64,000 bases of DNA, taken from IMG/VR virus record IMGVR_UViG_3300009502_000043; one strand, written 5' to 3'. A model generated the notes under the pieces. The model saw nothing but the letters and a program-made list of their open reading frames with translations. It did not search any database and was not told the DNA's origin. This stretch comes from an uncultured virus (IMG/VR IMGVR_UViG_3300009502_000043) (taxonomy: Duplodnaviria > Heunggongvirae > Uroviricota > Caudoviricetes). Positions within the stretch are counted from its first letter, which is position 1; every line of letters begins with the position of its first letter. This document shows, one piece after another, positions 39,751 to 49,819 of the stretch. The position numbers and the translations under genes are program-made.

Positions 39751-42700
39751 ATGAAAATAATTCATTACGCTGACATTCAGGTTAAAAATCGAAACGAAAA
39801 TTTATTTATATCAACAAATAAAGCTTTAAGACAAATTGAAACAATTATCGAAGAAGAACAAGCAGAAATACTTATTATTGCTGGTGATTTATTCGAATAT
39901 GCAACACCTAATGAGTCTGAACGAAAATTAATATATAATCATCTTTCAAGATTATTAAATATTAAGACTGTTAAAGAGCTTGTTGTTTTTGCAGGAAATC
40001 ATGATCTTATCAAAGAAAAGAAACAAATTGATTCCAATATAGGATATAATGCTATTTCTGTATTCTCCGATATGATTGAAGAATTAGATGTCACATTATC
40101 ATCAAAATTATCATATTTTTCTGAATCTGGAATATATGAATCAAAAGTTACCAAAAACATAAATTACGTTGTTTATTCATTAGAAGACAATGGAACACCT
40201 GACATAAGATTAGTTGATCCAGGTAAATTAAATATTTGTCTTTTTCATGCAATGTTGAAGGAATATGTTGATTCTGTAAAATTACCATTAAGAAAAGATG
40301 TAATAGATTCACTTGTATCTATTGAATCATTTCCATTTGGTAGTTTAATAACAGCTGGTGATATTCATAAAAATCTTACTTTTGAAGGTTTGAATGATCA
40401 AGTTTTTATTTATCCAGGTTCACCAATTCAACACACACATTCAGAAGGTAATTATATAACTTTTGGTAATGAAGTTGAACTTAAACAAGCTGAATTTAAA
40501 GTTCTAAAGCAATATGTTTTCGATGATATGAAGGAAATTACCTTATTATCTGATATAAAAGTTGAAGAACTTCTGATAGACGAATTTATCGTTTATAATA
40601 CAATTACACTTGATCCAAAAATTCCTTATGAAATAATAAAACATCATTTAGAAAATACTAATCAAATAGCTTTTGGTATTGAACAAACATTCATTAAAGT
40701 AAAATCAGCAACAGTATTCATTTCAAATGAAATGGAATTATTCAATTTACTTAATGATTGTGCTAAACGTCGTTCAGCTAAACGTTGTAGGATTGAATTT
40801 GAATATGATAAGTTTCAACAAAATGATACTTCATCTTCTGATAATAAAATAATTCAAGAAATTATTGAAGAAAAATCACTTGAATTAAAACAAAACAACA
40901 AAGAAAGTAATGAAGATCAAATTTTATCATCTGAAAATATTGATGATTTAATTCTGAATACAGAACAACTCAATAAATTATTTTCCTCAACATTAGATAA
41001 TTTATTGGAAAATACTAAAAATGTTTTTGATTCAGATGTTACTGAAGATTCTGTGAAAGAAAGAATCATGTCATTATTTGCAGAAGAACTTCAAAACACA
41101 ACAGAAAAATCATCCAAAAGATATTACATAACATTGGAAGGAATTGAAACCAATGGATTTATGACTTTGGCAGCAAATAGAATTGATTTAGCTATTCCAG
41201 GAATGATACGTATTTTAGGTACTAATGGAATTGGAAAAACAACTCTTTACAATATGATTCGTTGGAATATACTTGGTGAAGTATTTTCCGGTATGTCTAA
41301 AACACAAGTAGTTAAGAACAATTTGATTGTTTTCAATAAAAATCAAATTGAAAACGATTGTGTATTGACAAGATTAAATTGTAATATCAATGAATTAAAA
41401 ATTATCGTAACTCGTAGCGTTGTTCGTAAATGGAAAAACAATACAACAAATGAACAAAAAGCTTCACTTGGTTGGAAAGAATATGTTTCAGGAATAGATC
41501 GTGATTTTAAAATTCAAGTTTTCAAGAAAGATGGAAAAGAACAAGTATTAACCGGTGAACAAGCAGAAAAGAGTATTCAAATATGGTTTGGTAAATCAAT
41601 TGAAAACCTATTATTTTTGAATGCTGCTAAAATTGAAAACATTTTACGTTTACCATCTGAAAAATTAAATGAATTAATTCTTAATTTCATTGGAGTTGAT
41701 TATCTTCAAAAATTAGAGTTAAATCTTGATCAAGTTAAACAAGATTTAGCATTAACAAAACCAAAAAAGAATAAAGAAACAATTCAAACAGAATTAATTG
41801 ATTTAAACATCTTTATTGATAAGGAATTAAAAACTTCTGATGAAACAAAAATTCAATTAAAGTTAGCTGAAGCATCACATGAATTAACAACAAAAAATTG
41901 TGATGATTTTAATAACAAGTTATTGGAAATTGGAAATATTCCTGAACAAATAAAAAATACTAAACAAGAATTAGCTGATGTTGAAATATTTTTCGATACT
42001 TTTATAGAAAAAACTGTTAAAGAATCAATCATATTTAACGAAGTAAAACCTATTTTAAATCAGCATTTGATTGATCTTGGCAATTCAATGATTGAAAAAT
42101 ATAAGGATAAAATATCGGATTTTGAAAAACAAAAACGTAAACTTTTACCTGAAATTCAAGAATTTATTATTTCTGATTTAGCACCATATTTGAATAATAT
42201 TAATAATAACATTGATGGTAAAATTTCATTCATAAATTCAAATATAGAAGCTGCTAAGAAAGTTATTTCTTCAGAATATCTTAAAGTTCTTGAATCGATT
42301 GAATTAACATTGGATGCATTAAAACAAAGAAAAAATGATAAGGAATATGAATTTCTTAATTGGAAATCACAAAAACGAGAATTTTTAGAAAAAATAATCG
42401 AAGCACAACAAGAAATTGAATCAGGTGTTTGTGAAAAATGTAAAAGAAAATTTGATGAAAATTTCGATGTTCATAAAGATCAATTACTTGTAAATATTGA
42501 ATTATATAAATCAAAAATTGAAGAATTAAATCCACTTATTGCACCTGAAGCTGATTTTAAAATAAAGGTTGATCAAGCAATTAAAGATTATGAAAATAAT
42601 AAAACTTTGACAATACAAGAAAATGAATTAATTTTTCAGAAATTACCAAACAAATATGAATCTGAAAGAAATTCAATTGAAATTTGTCAAAGTAATATTC

Positions 42701-43791
42701 GTGAATTTTTGAAAAATATTGAATTTTATAAAATTGAAAGAGAAAAATTCAATAAAGCTGAAAAGATTCAATATGGAGATTATTCTGTACTTGATAAAAT
42801 TCCTGATAATTCCGATTTGAATTTATTAGTCAATAAACATAAGACATTGATTATAAAATCAGAAAGTTATTCACAATCAATTATTGATAATAATAAATTT
42901 ATTGAAACTGAAAAAGAATTGATTCAAACTGAATCAACAACTTATAATACTTCAATAACAAAATATCAAGAACTTCTCGATATTAATATTTTAGAAAATA
43001 AGAAAATTGCTGATTATAATCTTACTGTTGATGAACATAACAAATCCAAACTTATCAAAGAAAATGATAAATTAAGACTTGAAATTTCATTACATAATCT
43101 TGACAAATTATTGATTGAATATGAAAAGTTCAAACAATTATATCTTATGTCAAAATTAAGATTGGATGAAATATCGAAAGATGTTAAAGAATTAAATTCA
43201 GAAATAAATACTTGCGAGTTGAAAATATTGAATTTTTCAAATCAACGAAAAATAATTGAAAAAGAATATACTGATCTACTTTTGTATTTGAAAAATAATA
43301 TTGTTTGGACAATTTATTCGAAACTTATCAAAAATAATTTCAAAGAGATTGTATTTGAATATTATCGCAATTATCTTAATAATACTCTCAATTATCTTTT
43401 GTCAGATGTTAATTTTAAACTTTTTTGGAATAAAGATTCAGAACTTTATCATATTGAAATCAAAAATGGTTCAGTAAGTTATCAACCTGTTCAACAAAGT
43501 TCTGGAATGGAAACATGTTTTCTTGGATTAAGTCTTATTTATACTATGTGTTTATTGAATGTTAAAAATTCTGTGTCACATATATTTATTGATGAAATTT
43601 CAGGAACACTCAACAAAGGAAAAGAACTCACATATAATGCAGCAAATTATCAGGAACTTCTTGTCTTGATTTTGTCAAAATTCAAATCAAAATCAGTATT
43701 CATAATAGACCATAATATTGAAAATATGTTTGAAACTTTATCTTATGAAGTTCAACCAGGTATTGATGGTTCAAAATATGTGATAATTTAA
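39751..43791 (+). CDS. Fused Mre11/SbcD nuclease - Rad50/SbcC ATPase (gp47-gp46-like)
   Basis: HYADIQ, AGDLF, GNHD, GDIH, YPGS; then GTNGIGKTT, coiled coil with CEKC zinc hook, SSGME, FIDE, IDH, all in one 1346 aa frame. Confidence 0.9.
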   Translation: MKIIHYADIQVKNRNENLFISTNKALRQIETIIEEEQAEILIIAGDLFEYATPNESERKLIYNHLSRLLNIKTVKELVVFAGNHDLIKEKKQIDSNIGYNAISVFSDMIEELDVTLSSKLSYFSESGIYESKVTKNINYVVYSLEDNGTPDIRLVDPGKLNICLFHAMLKEYVDSVKLPLRKDVIDSLVSIESFPFGSLITAGDIHKNLTFEGLNDQVFIYPGSPIQHTHSEGNYITFGNEVELKQAEFKVLKQYVFDDMKEITLLSDIKVEELLIDEFIVYNTITLDPKIPYEIIKHHLENTNQIAFGIEQTFIKVKSATVFISNEMELFNLLNDCAKRRSAKRCRIEFEYDKFQQNDTSSSDNKIIQEIIEEKSLELKQNNKESNEDQILSSENIDDLILNTEQLNKLFSSTLDNLLENTKNVFDSDVTEDSVKERIMSLFAEELQNTTEKSSKRYYITLEGIETNGFMTLAANRIDLAIPGMIRILGTNGIGKTTLYNMIRWNILGEVFSGMSKTQVVKNNLIVFNKNQIENDCVLTRLNCNINELKIIVTRSVVRKWKNNTTNEQKASLGWKEYVSGIDRDFKIQVFKKDGKEQVLTGEQAEKSIQIWFGKSIENLLFLNAAKIENILRLPSEKLNELILNFIGVDYLQKLELNLDQVKQDLALTKPKKNKETIQTELIDLNIFIDKELKTSDETKIQLKLAEASHELTTKNCDDFNNKLLEIGNIPEQIKNTKQELADVEIFFDTFIEKTVKESIIFNEVKPILNQHLIDLGNSMIEKYKDKISDFEKQKRKLLPEIQEFIISDLAPYLNNINNNIDGKISFINSNIEAAKKVISSEYLKVLESIELTLDALKQRKNDKEYEFLNWKSQKREFLEKIIEAQQEIESGVCEKCKRKFDENFDVHKDQLLVNIELYKSKIEELNPLIAPEADFKIKVDQAIKDYENNKTLTIQENELIFQKLPNKYESERNSIEICQSNIREFLKNIEFYKIEREKFNKAEKIQYGDYSVLDKIPDNSDLNLLVNKHKTLIIKSESYSQSIIDNNKFIETEKELIQTESTTYNTSITKYQELLDINILENKKIADYNLTVDEHNKSKLIKENDKLRLEISLHNLDKLLIEYEKFKQLYLMSKLRLDEISKDVKELNSEINTCELKILNFSNQRKIIEKEYTDLLLYLKNNIVWTIYSKLIKNNFKEIVFEYYRNYLNNTLNYLLSDVNFKLFWNKDSELYHIEIKNGSVSYQPVQQSSGMETCFLGLSLIYTMCLLNVKNSVSHIFIDEISGTLNKGKELTYNAANYQELLVLILSKFKSKSVFIIDHNIENMFETLSYEVQPGIDGSKYVII

Positions 43792-43796
43792 TATTA

Positions 43797-43831
43797 AAAA
43801 ATACCGAGTCTTATTAACTCGGTATTTTTTT
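43797..43831 (+). terminator. Intrinsic terminator
   Basis: AAAAATACCGAGT-loop-ACTCGGTATTTTTTT. Confidence 0.8.
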
Positions 43832-43835
43832 CATT

Positions 43836-43863
43836 CCATATTTTACAATAAAAAAGGATAAAC
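43836..43863 (+). promoter_or_regulatory. Putative phage promoter motif, exact
   Basis: CCATATT-N13-GGATAAAC. Confidence 0.75.
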
Positions 43864-43897
43864 ATTTTATCATTAATTTAATTATTTCGAAATTTTT

Positions 43898-44107
43898 ATG
43901 GAAATTTTATCAAAAATATTCAGACCAATATTTGATTCAATAATTTATATTTTTGCAATGACTATAGCAATAATTTTCATTATTGGAAGAATGATTAAAT
44001 TACTGAGACATCATATACTATTTGGAATAATAATTTATTTGTTATGGTACTTTAAAATTTATTTGATAATTTATTTGATAATATCATTAACATTAAGAAT
44101 ATACTAA
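43898..44107 (+). CDS. Small hydrophobic membrane protein
   Basis: 69 aa, almost entirely hydrophobic, directly after promoter motif. Confidence 0.55.
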   Translation: MEILSKIFRPIFDSIIYIFAMTIAIIFIIGRMIKLLRHHILFGIIIYLLWYFKIYLIIYLIISLTLRIY

Positions 44108-44136
44108 ACAATTTACTTTTAACCAAAATTATTAAA

Positions 44137-46791
44137 ATGGCTGAGCAGAAATTTAATGATGAACTTTTAAAGTTCTTTAAAGGTGATGAATTAGCGGCAT
44201 TTATCTGGGAAGATAAATATATGTTGGGAGATGAGAAAAGTCCTTTGGATATGTTCAAACGACATGCAAAAGAAATTGCAGATACAGAACATAAAAGATT
44301 AACTTCAATTCTTGCAAATAATGAAGATACTCATGGAAAGATAAAACTTTTATCAGATTATGGTTATAAAAGATATGGTAATTTATTATCTGAATGGTCT
44401 GATGATGAAATGCATGAAGATTTAAGAGAATTTTTTGAAAAACTTTGTAATTTTGATAATATTTGTCTTGGTGGTTCAATGCAACAAGGTATTGGAAATC
44501 ATGAATTTTTCTCATCATTATCAAATTGTTTTGTACTTGGACAACCCTGGGATTCTTATTCAGGCATAAATAAGAAAGCAGATGAAGGAACACAATTAAT
44601 GAAACGTCGTGGTGGTATTGGAATTGATTTAAGTTCAATACGACCATTTGGTGCTCCAGTTCACAACCAATCAGGATGGTCATCTGGTCCAGTTTTATTT
44701 GCTGATCGTTATTCAGATATTACAAAAGAAGTTGCACAATATGGAAGACGTGGTGCACTCATGTTATCAATGCATGTTAATCATCCAAATTCAATTGATT
44801 TTGCTCGTAGAAAACAAGATTTGACAAAACTAACTGGAGCAAACATTTCAATAAATTTTTCTGATGAATTTATGAGAGCTGTTGATAATGACACTGAATA
44901 TATTCAAAGTTTTCCATGTGATTGGAGACCAACAGATGTTGATTTGGAAGGATTTACATTGGAATTAAATAAACTTGTTAGAATTGGTGACAAGCATTTT
45001 GTTCAAAGAATTAATGCAAAAGAATATTGGACAGAAATTAGTTTAATGGCTTGGACAACAGCCGAACCTGGTTTATTGTTTGAAGGAAATTGGTATCGTG
45101 GTGGTACTGATGGTTGTTATCCACAATATAAACCAGTAACAACAAATCCATGCAGTGAAATTCCAATGCAACCTTATGATGCTTGTCGTTTAGTTGCAGG
45201 AAATATATATAATTTGATTGACAATCCATTTACACCAAAAGCTAAATTAAATACGAATAGAGCATATCGTTTATTTTATGAACAAATGACAACCGGAGAT
45301 ATTTTGGTTGATTTGGAATTTGAATATATTGATAGAATTATTGGAAAAATAAATTTTGATGATGATCCACAAGATTTGAAAGATTCTGAAATTGGTCTTT
45401 GGAATAAAATAAAAGAAACAGCACAAAAAGGAAGACGTTGTGGTTGTGGTTTCACTGGACTTGGAGATATGTTGGCTTCATTAGGATTGGCATATTATTC
45501 GCCTAAAGTTATTGAAAATTTATTTCAATTGAAACTCGAAGCTGAATTAGATGCCACCACAGATATGGCAATTCTTTATGGTGCATTTGATGGTTTTTCA
45601 TCAGTTATCGAAAATAATGCAACTGACATTGATTTCTTCAATATTATTAAACAATTTTATCCTGAAAAATGGAATAAAATGATGAAATATGGTCGTAGGA
45701 ATGTATCTTGGTCAACTGCAGCTCCTAATGGAACAGGTGGAATAATGTGTCAAGTTACTTCCGGTATCGAACCAATGTTTTTACCATATTACAAAAGAAG
45801 AAAGAAATGTATTTCGGATAATGAAAGAGTAGATCATATTGATCCATCTGATGGTCAAAAATTTACCGAATATATGGTAATGCATCCAAAATTCATTGAA
45901 TGGTTTCAGATAACTGGTGATCCAAGAATGCAATATGGTGGTGCAAAACAATTACTTGAAAATTCTACTGAAGATGAAATAAGAAGAGTATATGAAAAAT
46001 CTCCTTGGTTTGGCAGTATTGCTAATGATTTAAATTGGCATCAAAGAGTTGAAATTCAATCAATTGTACAAAAGTATACAACACATGCAATTTCATCAAC
46101 AATAAATTTACCAAAAGATTGTGAAAAAGATTTGATTGGTAAAATTTATATGCAAAGTTGGAAAGTCGGATTAAAAGGAAACACAGTATATCGTGATGGT
46201 TCTCGTGCTGGTATTTTGACTTCAAATGAACAAAATATTGTTAAAGAATCAGATTCATTGGTATTTAAACGTCCAAAAAGAATACCAGCTCATTATCATA
46301 CAATTAAATATAAGAATAAAACTTATTCAGTAATAATTGGATTTGATACACGAGTATTTGATTTGAAAATTGGTTTTACAAAACCTTATGAAATTTTTAT
46401 TGTTTCAGAAGTACCTAATTTACCTGAAAATCTTGATGATATGTCAGATAAAATTATTGGTGAACTTGTCAAGGAAGATAAAAACTGGTATAATTTTGAA
46501 TCTGAAACATTTATTCTTAAAGAAGTTTCTGACTGTGAACATGATGAAAAAATGATTTCAATAATGTTGTCAGGATTATTCAGAAACAATACTCCACTAC
46601 CTTCTGCAATTAAAATTCTTGAAAAAACAAAACCAATTGCAGGTACTTTCACTCATCGTTTGATTAAAATATTAACCAAATATGTTTCAAATGGTGAAGA
46701 ATCTGGTGATCTTTGTCCAAATTGTGGAACAAAATTACGTTATGAGAACGGGTGCTCCATCTGTTTAACTTGCGGAAATACTAAATGTTAG
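44137..46791 (+). CDS. nrdJ: Class II (B12-dependent) ribonucleotide reductase
   Basis: LSNCFV, RRGALM, GANIS, TNPCSEI, APNG, SGIEP, AISSTINLP, YRDGSR, C-terminal CPNC...C..C; no ATP cone and no NrdB nearby. Confidence 0.88.
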   Translation: MAEQKFNDELLKFFKGDELAAFIWEDKYMLGDEKSPLDMFKRHAKEIADTEHKRLTSILANNEDTHGKIKLLSDYGYKRYGNLLSEWSDDEMHEDLREFFEKLCNFDNICLGGSMQQGIGNHEFFSSLSNCFVLGQPWDSYSGINKKADEGTQLMKRRGGIGIDLSSIRPFGAPVHNQSGWSSGPVLFADRYSDITKEVAQYGRRGALMLSMHVNHPNSIDFARRKQDLTKLTGANISINFSDEFMRAVDNDTEYIQSFPCDWRPTDVDLEGFTLELNKLVRIGDKHFVQRINAKEYWTEISLMAWTTAEPGLLFEGNWYRGGTDGCYPQYKPVTTNPCSEIPMQPYDACRLVAGNIYNLIDNPFTPKAKLNTNRAYRLFYEQMTTGDILVDLEFEYIDRIIGKINFDDDPQDLKDSEIGLWNKIKETAQKGRRCGCGFTGLGDMLASLGLAYYSPKVIENLFQLKLEAELDATTDMAILYGAFDGFSSVIENNATDIDFFNIIKQFYPEKWNKMMKYGRRNVSWSTAAPNGTGGIMCQVTSGIEPMFLPYYKRRKKCISDNERVDHIDPSDGQKFTEYMVMHPKFIEWFQITGDPRMQYGGAKQLLENSTEDEIRRVYEKSPWFGSIANDLNWHQRVEIQSIVQKYTTHAISSTINLPKDCEKDLIGKIYMQSWKVGLKGNTVYRDGSRAGILTSNEQNIVKESDSLVFKRPKRIPAHYHTIKYKNKTYSVIIGFDTRVFDLKIGFTKPYEIFIVSEVPNLPENLDDMSDKIIGELVKEDKNWYNFESETFILKEVSDCEHDEKMISIMLSGLFRNNTPLPSAIKILEKTKPIAGTFTHRLIKILTKYVSNGEESGDLCPNCGTKLRYENGCSICLTCGNTKC

Positions 46792-46816
46792 CGAATTTGG
46801 TATAAACTAAAAATTA

Positions 46817-47338
46817 ATGCTTATGAGAAAATTAATTTGGTTTGGAATATTTTTTACCATAATTTTTTTACCTATTAGAACATTGAATTTACTTGGACTT
46901 GTAAATAAACAATTATATATACAAGTTCATAAAACAGACTGGGATTATTTAACAGAATCAATAATTCAAGTTGAAAGTGAAGGAAAAGATAATGCAATAA
47001 ATAGTAAAAATCATCAATATGTTGGGTGTTTACAAATATCACCTATTTTCGTAAGAGAAGCAAATAGACTTTCAGAAAATAAAGTTTATTTTTTACGAGA
47101 TAGATTTGATAGAATAAAATCACTGGAAATGTTCAACATAGTTCAAGATTATTATAATCCTGAGAAAAATCTTTCAAAAGCAATTAAAATTCACAATCCA
47201 ACAGCATCTAAAAATTATGGTAAAAAAATAATGGTTAAGTTTAATGAATTAAAAATGAGTATTGATTCATTAGTTGTAAAAGTAATAATTTACAAAATGA
47301 GGATGGGGGGACGTATTGGAAGATACGTCCCCCCATAA
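46817..47338 (+). CDS. Lytic transglycosylase (SLT-like) with N-terminal membrane anchor
   Basis: IIQVES.G...A, G.LQI, S.EMF, HNP; hydrophobic N-terminus. Confidence 0.7.
   Translation: MLMRKLIWFGIFFTIIFLPIRTLNLLGLVNKQLYIQVHKTDWDYLTESIIQVESEGKDNAINSKNHQYVGCLQISPIFVREANRLSENKVYFLRDRFDRIKSLEMFNIVQDYYNPEKNLSKAIKIHNPTASKNYGKKIMVKFNELKMSIDSLVVKVIIYKMRMGGRIGRYVPP
47303..47336 (+). terminator. GC-rich hairpin at the end of the SLT gene
   Basis: ATGGGGGGACGTAT-loop-ATACGTCCCCCCAT; weak T tract. Confidence 0.55.
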
Positions 47339-47361
47339 TTGTTATATGGAAGTGGATATAA
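47333..47361 (+). promoter_or_regulatory. Putative phage promoter motif, variant with 14-nt spacer
   Basis: CCATAAT-N14-GGATATAA. Confidence 0.5.
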
Positions 47362-47400
47362 ATTAAATAAAGTATAATTTCAATAATAATCATATGTAAC

Positions 47401-48867
47401 ATGGCAAAAAATTTTTTACAAACAGAAGAACAATTCATAAAACTTGTGAAAGGAATTGCACTTAAATCTTCAGCAAATAAAAGACAAGTTGGTGCTTTAA
47501 TTCACACAAAACAAAACTCATTAATTGAAGGATATAATCGAAATCCATCAAATGATAAGTTTTTTACTAATGAAATTTGTGAAAATTCAAAAGGTGAAAC
47601 TTTCGATACAGTTATTCATGCTGAAGAAGATGCAATTTTCACAGCATTTTTACAACATGAAAATTTACTTGATGCAACTCTGTATTGTACATTTACCCCT
47701 TGTATTAATTGTTCTCGTATGATTGTTCGTTCAGGTATTAGTAGATTAGTTTACATTAATGAACATAAAACAAATTTTAAAACACCTGGAGTTGAAGAAG
47801 GAGTTTCACCACAAGAATATTTGGAATCATATGGTATTGAAGTTATCAAATATATTGAACCAAAAAAACACAGAATAGCATTGATTTATCATTCAGCTGA
47901 TCCTGATGGTTTAATGTCAGCTTATCTTTTAGCAGCAATTTATCAACCATTAGCATCTGAAACACATATTATTCCATCATTAATTCCATCCAATTATCGT
48001 GATAATGAAGATTGGTTATTTGAAGAATATGATGAATATGTTTTTGGTGATATTACACCACCACTTTCCTGGATTAAAGAAAATTATCATAAAATATATA
48101 ATGAACATCTTCCAGTTAAAATTTATGATCATCATGAAAATCGTTGTACTGAGATGTTTAAAGTTTATCCCGAATTATTTAAATTGAAAAGTTTTCAATA
48201 TACATATGATAATACTTGTTCAGGAGCAAAAATCATTCACAATAATTTATCAAAAGATTTTATTTTTTTAAATGATAATGCTTTAAGTATGATGATTAAT
48301 TTAATTTCAGATTATGATTTATGGAAATTTGATCAAAAAAATTATGAAATAAATCAAAAAGAAATTGTTCTTGCTTTTAATGAATTTTTATTTCATAATT
48401 TAAATTTTGATGATTTTTTCAAAATAATTTCAGATATTTTAAATTTTGATGTAAATATTTACGGTCATGGATCAAATTATCAAAATGCACTTTTAAAAGG
48501 ACAACAATATATTGAAAATACAAAATCAGAAAATAAACGCATTATATCAATGGGTAAATTTGTTGGAAGAAATTTTATTTTTAATGGTTATCCGAATTAT
48601 TGGATTACTGAACAAATAAAAGAAATTTATCCTGATTTTAATATTAATAATTTAGGATATTTGGTTGGTTTTAATATCAACATATCAAAAGATACTGTTT
48701 CATTTTCAATACGATCATATAAAAATAAATTAAATTGTGTAATTGTTGCACAAAAATTTGGTGGAAATGGTCATAAAGATGCTGCTGGTTTTAAATCAAC
48801 ATTTATCGATGCTGCTGAAATTCTTCAAAATCCTGAAAAATTATTTGATACACTTATAGTATCATAA
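47401..48867 (+). CDS. dCMP deaminase fused to a DHH/DHHA1 phosphoesterase
   Basis: RQVGA, GYN, HAEEDA, PCINC; then YHSADPDG, GD, YDHH, SGA, DYDLW, SIRS, FGGNGH..AAG. Confidence 0.88.
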   Translation: MAKNFLQTEEQFIKLVKGIALKSSANKRQVGALIHTKQNSLIEGYNRNPSNDKFFTNEICENSKGETFDTVIHAEEDAIFTAFLQHENLLDATLYCTFTPCINCSRMIVRSGISRLVYINEHKTNFKTPGVEEGVSPQEYLESYGIEVIKYIEPKKHRIALIYHSADPDGLMSAYLLAAIYQPLASETHIIPSLIPSNYRDNEDWLFEEYDEYVFGDITPPLSWIKENYHKIYNEHLPVKIYDHHENRCTEMFKVYPELFKLKSFQYTYDNTCSGAKIIHNNLSKDFIFLNDNALSMMINLISDYDLWKFDQKNYEINQKEIVLAFNEFLFHNLNFDDFFKIISDILNFDVNIYGHGSNYQNALLKGQQYIENTKSENKRIISMGKFVGRNFIFNGYPNYWITEQIKEIYPDFNINNLGYLVGFNINISKDTVSFSIRSYKNKLNCVIVAQKFGGNGHKDAAGFKSTFIDAAEILQNPEKLFDTLIVS

Positions 48868-48887
48868 AAATTATTTTATCTGTCAAT

Positions 48888-48915
48888 CCATATTATATTG
48901 TATTTTTGGATATAT
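48888..48915 (+). promoter_or_regulatory. Putative phage promoter motif, exact
   Basis: CCATATT-N13-GGATATAT. Confidence 0.75.
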
Positions 48916-48963
48916 AGATTATAATTAATCACTAATATTCCAATTAATTTAAAAATTATTCTT

Positions 48964-49809
48964 ATGTCGTTACCAGAACAAAAAACATCAGTTGTTAAAA
49001 AACCTATAAAGGTTGTTAAAAGATCTGAAATCAATGAGAATGAGCAAAAGCTTAAAAGATTTGATCATGATTTCAGTAAATTTCCTGAACAAAAGAAGAT
49101 TTGGGATCCAAATCCAAAATTAACCGAAAAAGCTTACAAAATTATTTGTCAGGCTTGGTTAAAAGATGATAAATCACGAAATTTTGTGAAACATCTTATT
49201 GCTGCTTTTTTCCCAATAAATTCATTTGATAAAATTCTTAATGCTGGTGATGAAGAATTAAAATGTGCTATTTTGGGTATTAAACTTACAGGTATTGGAA
49301 ATATTAGTACTGGAATTACTGAGTTCAACATGGCAAAAATGATGGCAGATGCTCATGCAACAATAGAAGAACGTAAACAATATACTGAAGAAGAAGTCCA
49401 AAAGCTTGAAACAATTCGTGATTCATTACCTATTGAAATTCGCGAAGGACGATTTGCATGGTGTTCCGATAGATCAGATAAATTATTATCGAATGAAGCT
49501 CTCACAGCTTTTCGTATTTTTGTTGAAACAGTTGCTTTTATTCCAGAATTTGAAAAAGAATTTACCTTTCTTATTAAGAAAATGCAAATCAATTCATTCC
49601 AGGAAAACACAAATTTTATCAACAATAAACTTGATAAGACTGAAATTAATAAAGTTGCAAAAGCAACAACATTCGGTATTAAAGCAGTTGCTAAAATTGG
49701 TGACAATATTGATCCTAAAACTCTGTCAGCACTTGAAAAATTAAAACTTCAAATGGAAGAACAAGATGAGACTGAATATCAACAAATAGTTGCAGATCAT
49801 CAGGATTAA
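48964..49809 (+). CDS. hypothetical protein
   Basis: 281 aa ORF. Confidence 0.65.
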   Translation: MSLPEQKTSVVKKPIKVVKRSEINENEQKLKRFDHDFSKFPEQKKIWDPNPKLTEKAYKIICQAWLKDDKSRNFVKHLIAAFFPINSFDKILNAGDEELKCAILGIKLTGIGNISTGITEFNMAKMMADAHATIEERKQYTEEEVQKLETIRDSLPIEIREGRFAWCSDRSDKLLSNEALTAFRIFVETVAFIPEFEKEFTFLIKKMQINSFQENTNFINNKLDKTEINKVAKATTFGIKAVAKIGDNIDPKTLSALEKLKLQMEEQDETEYQQIVADHQD

Positions 49810-49819
49810 TAATAAATAA

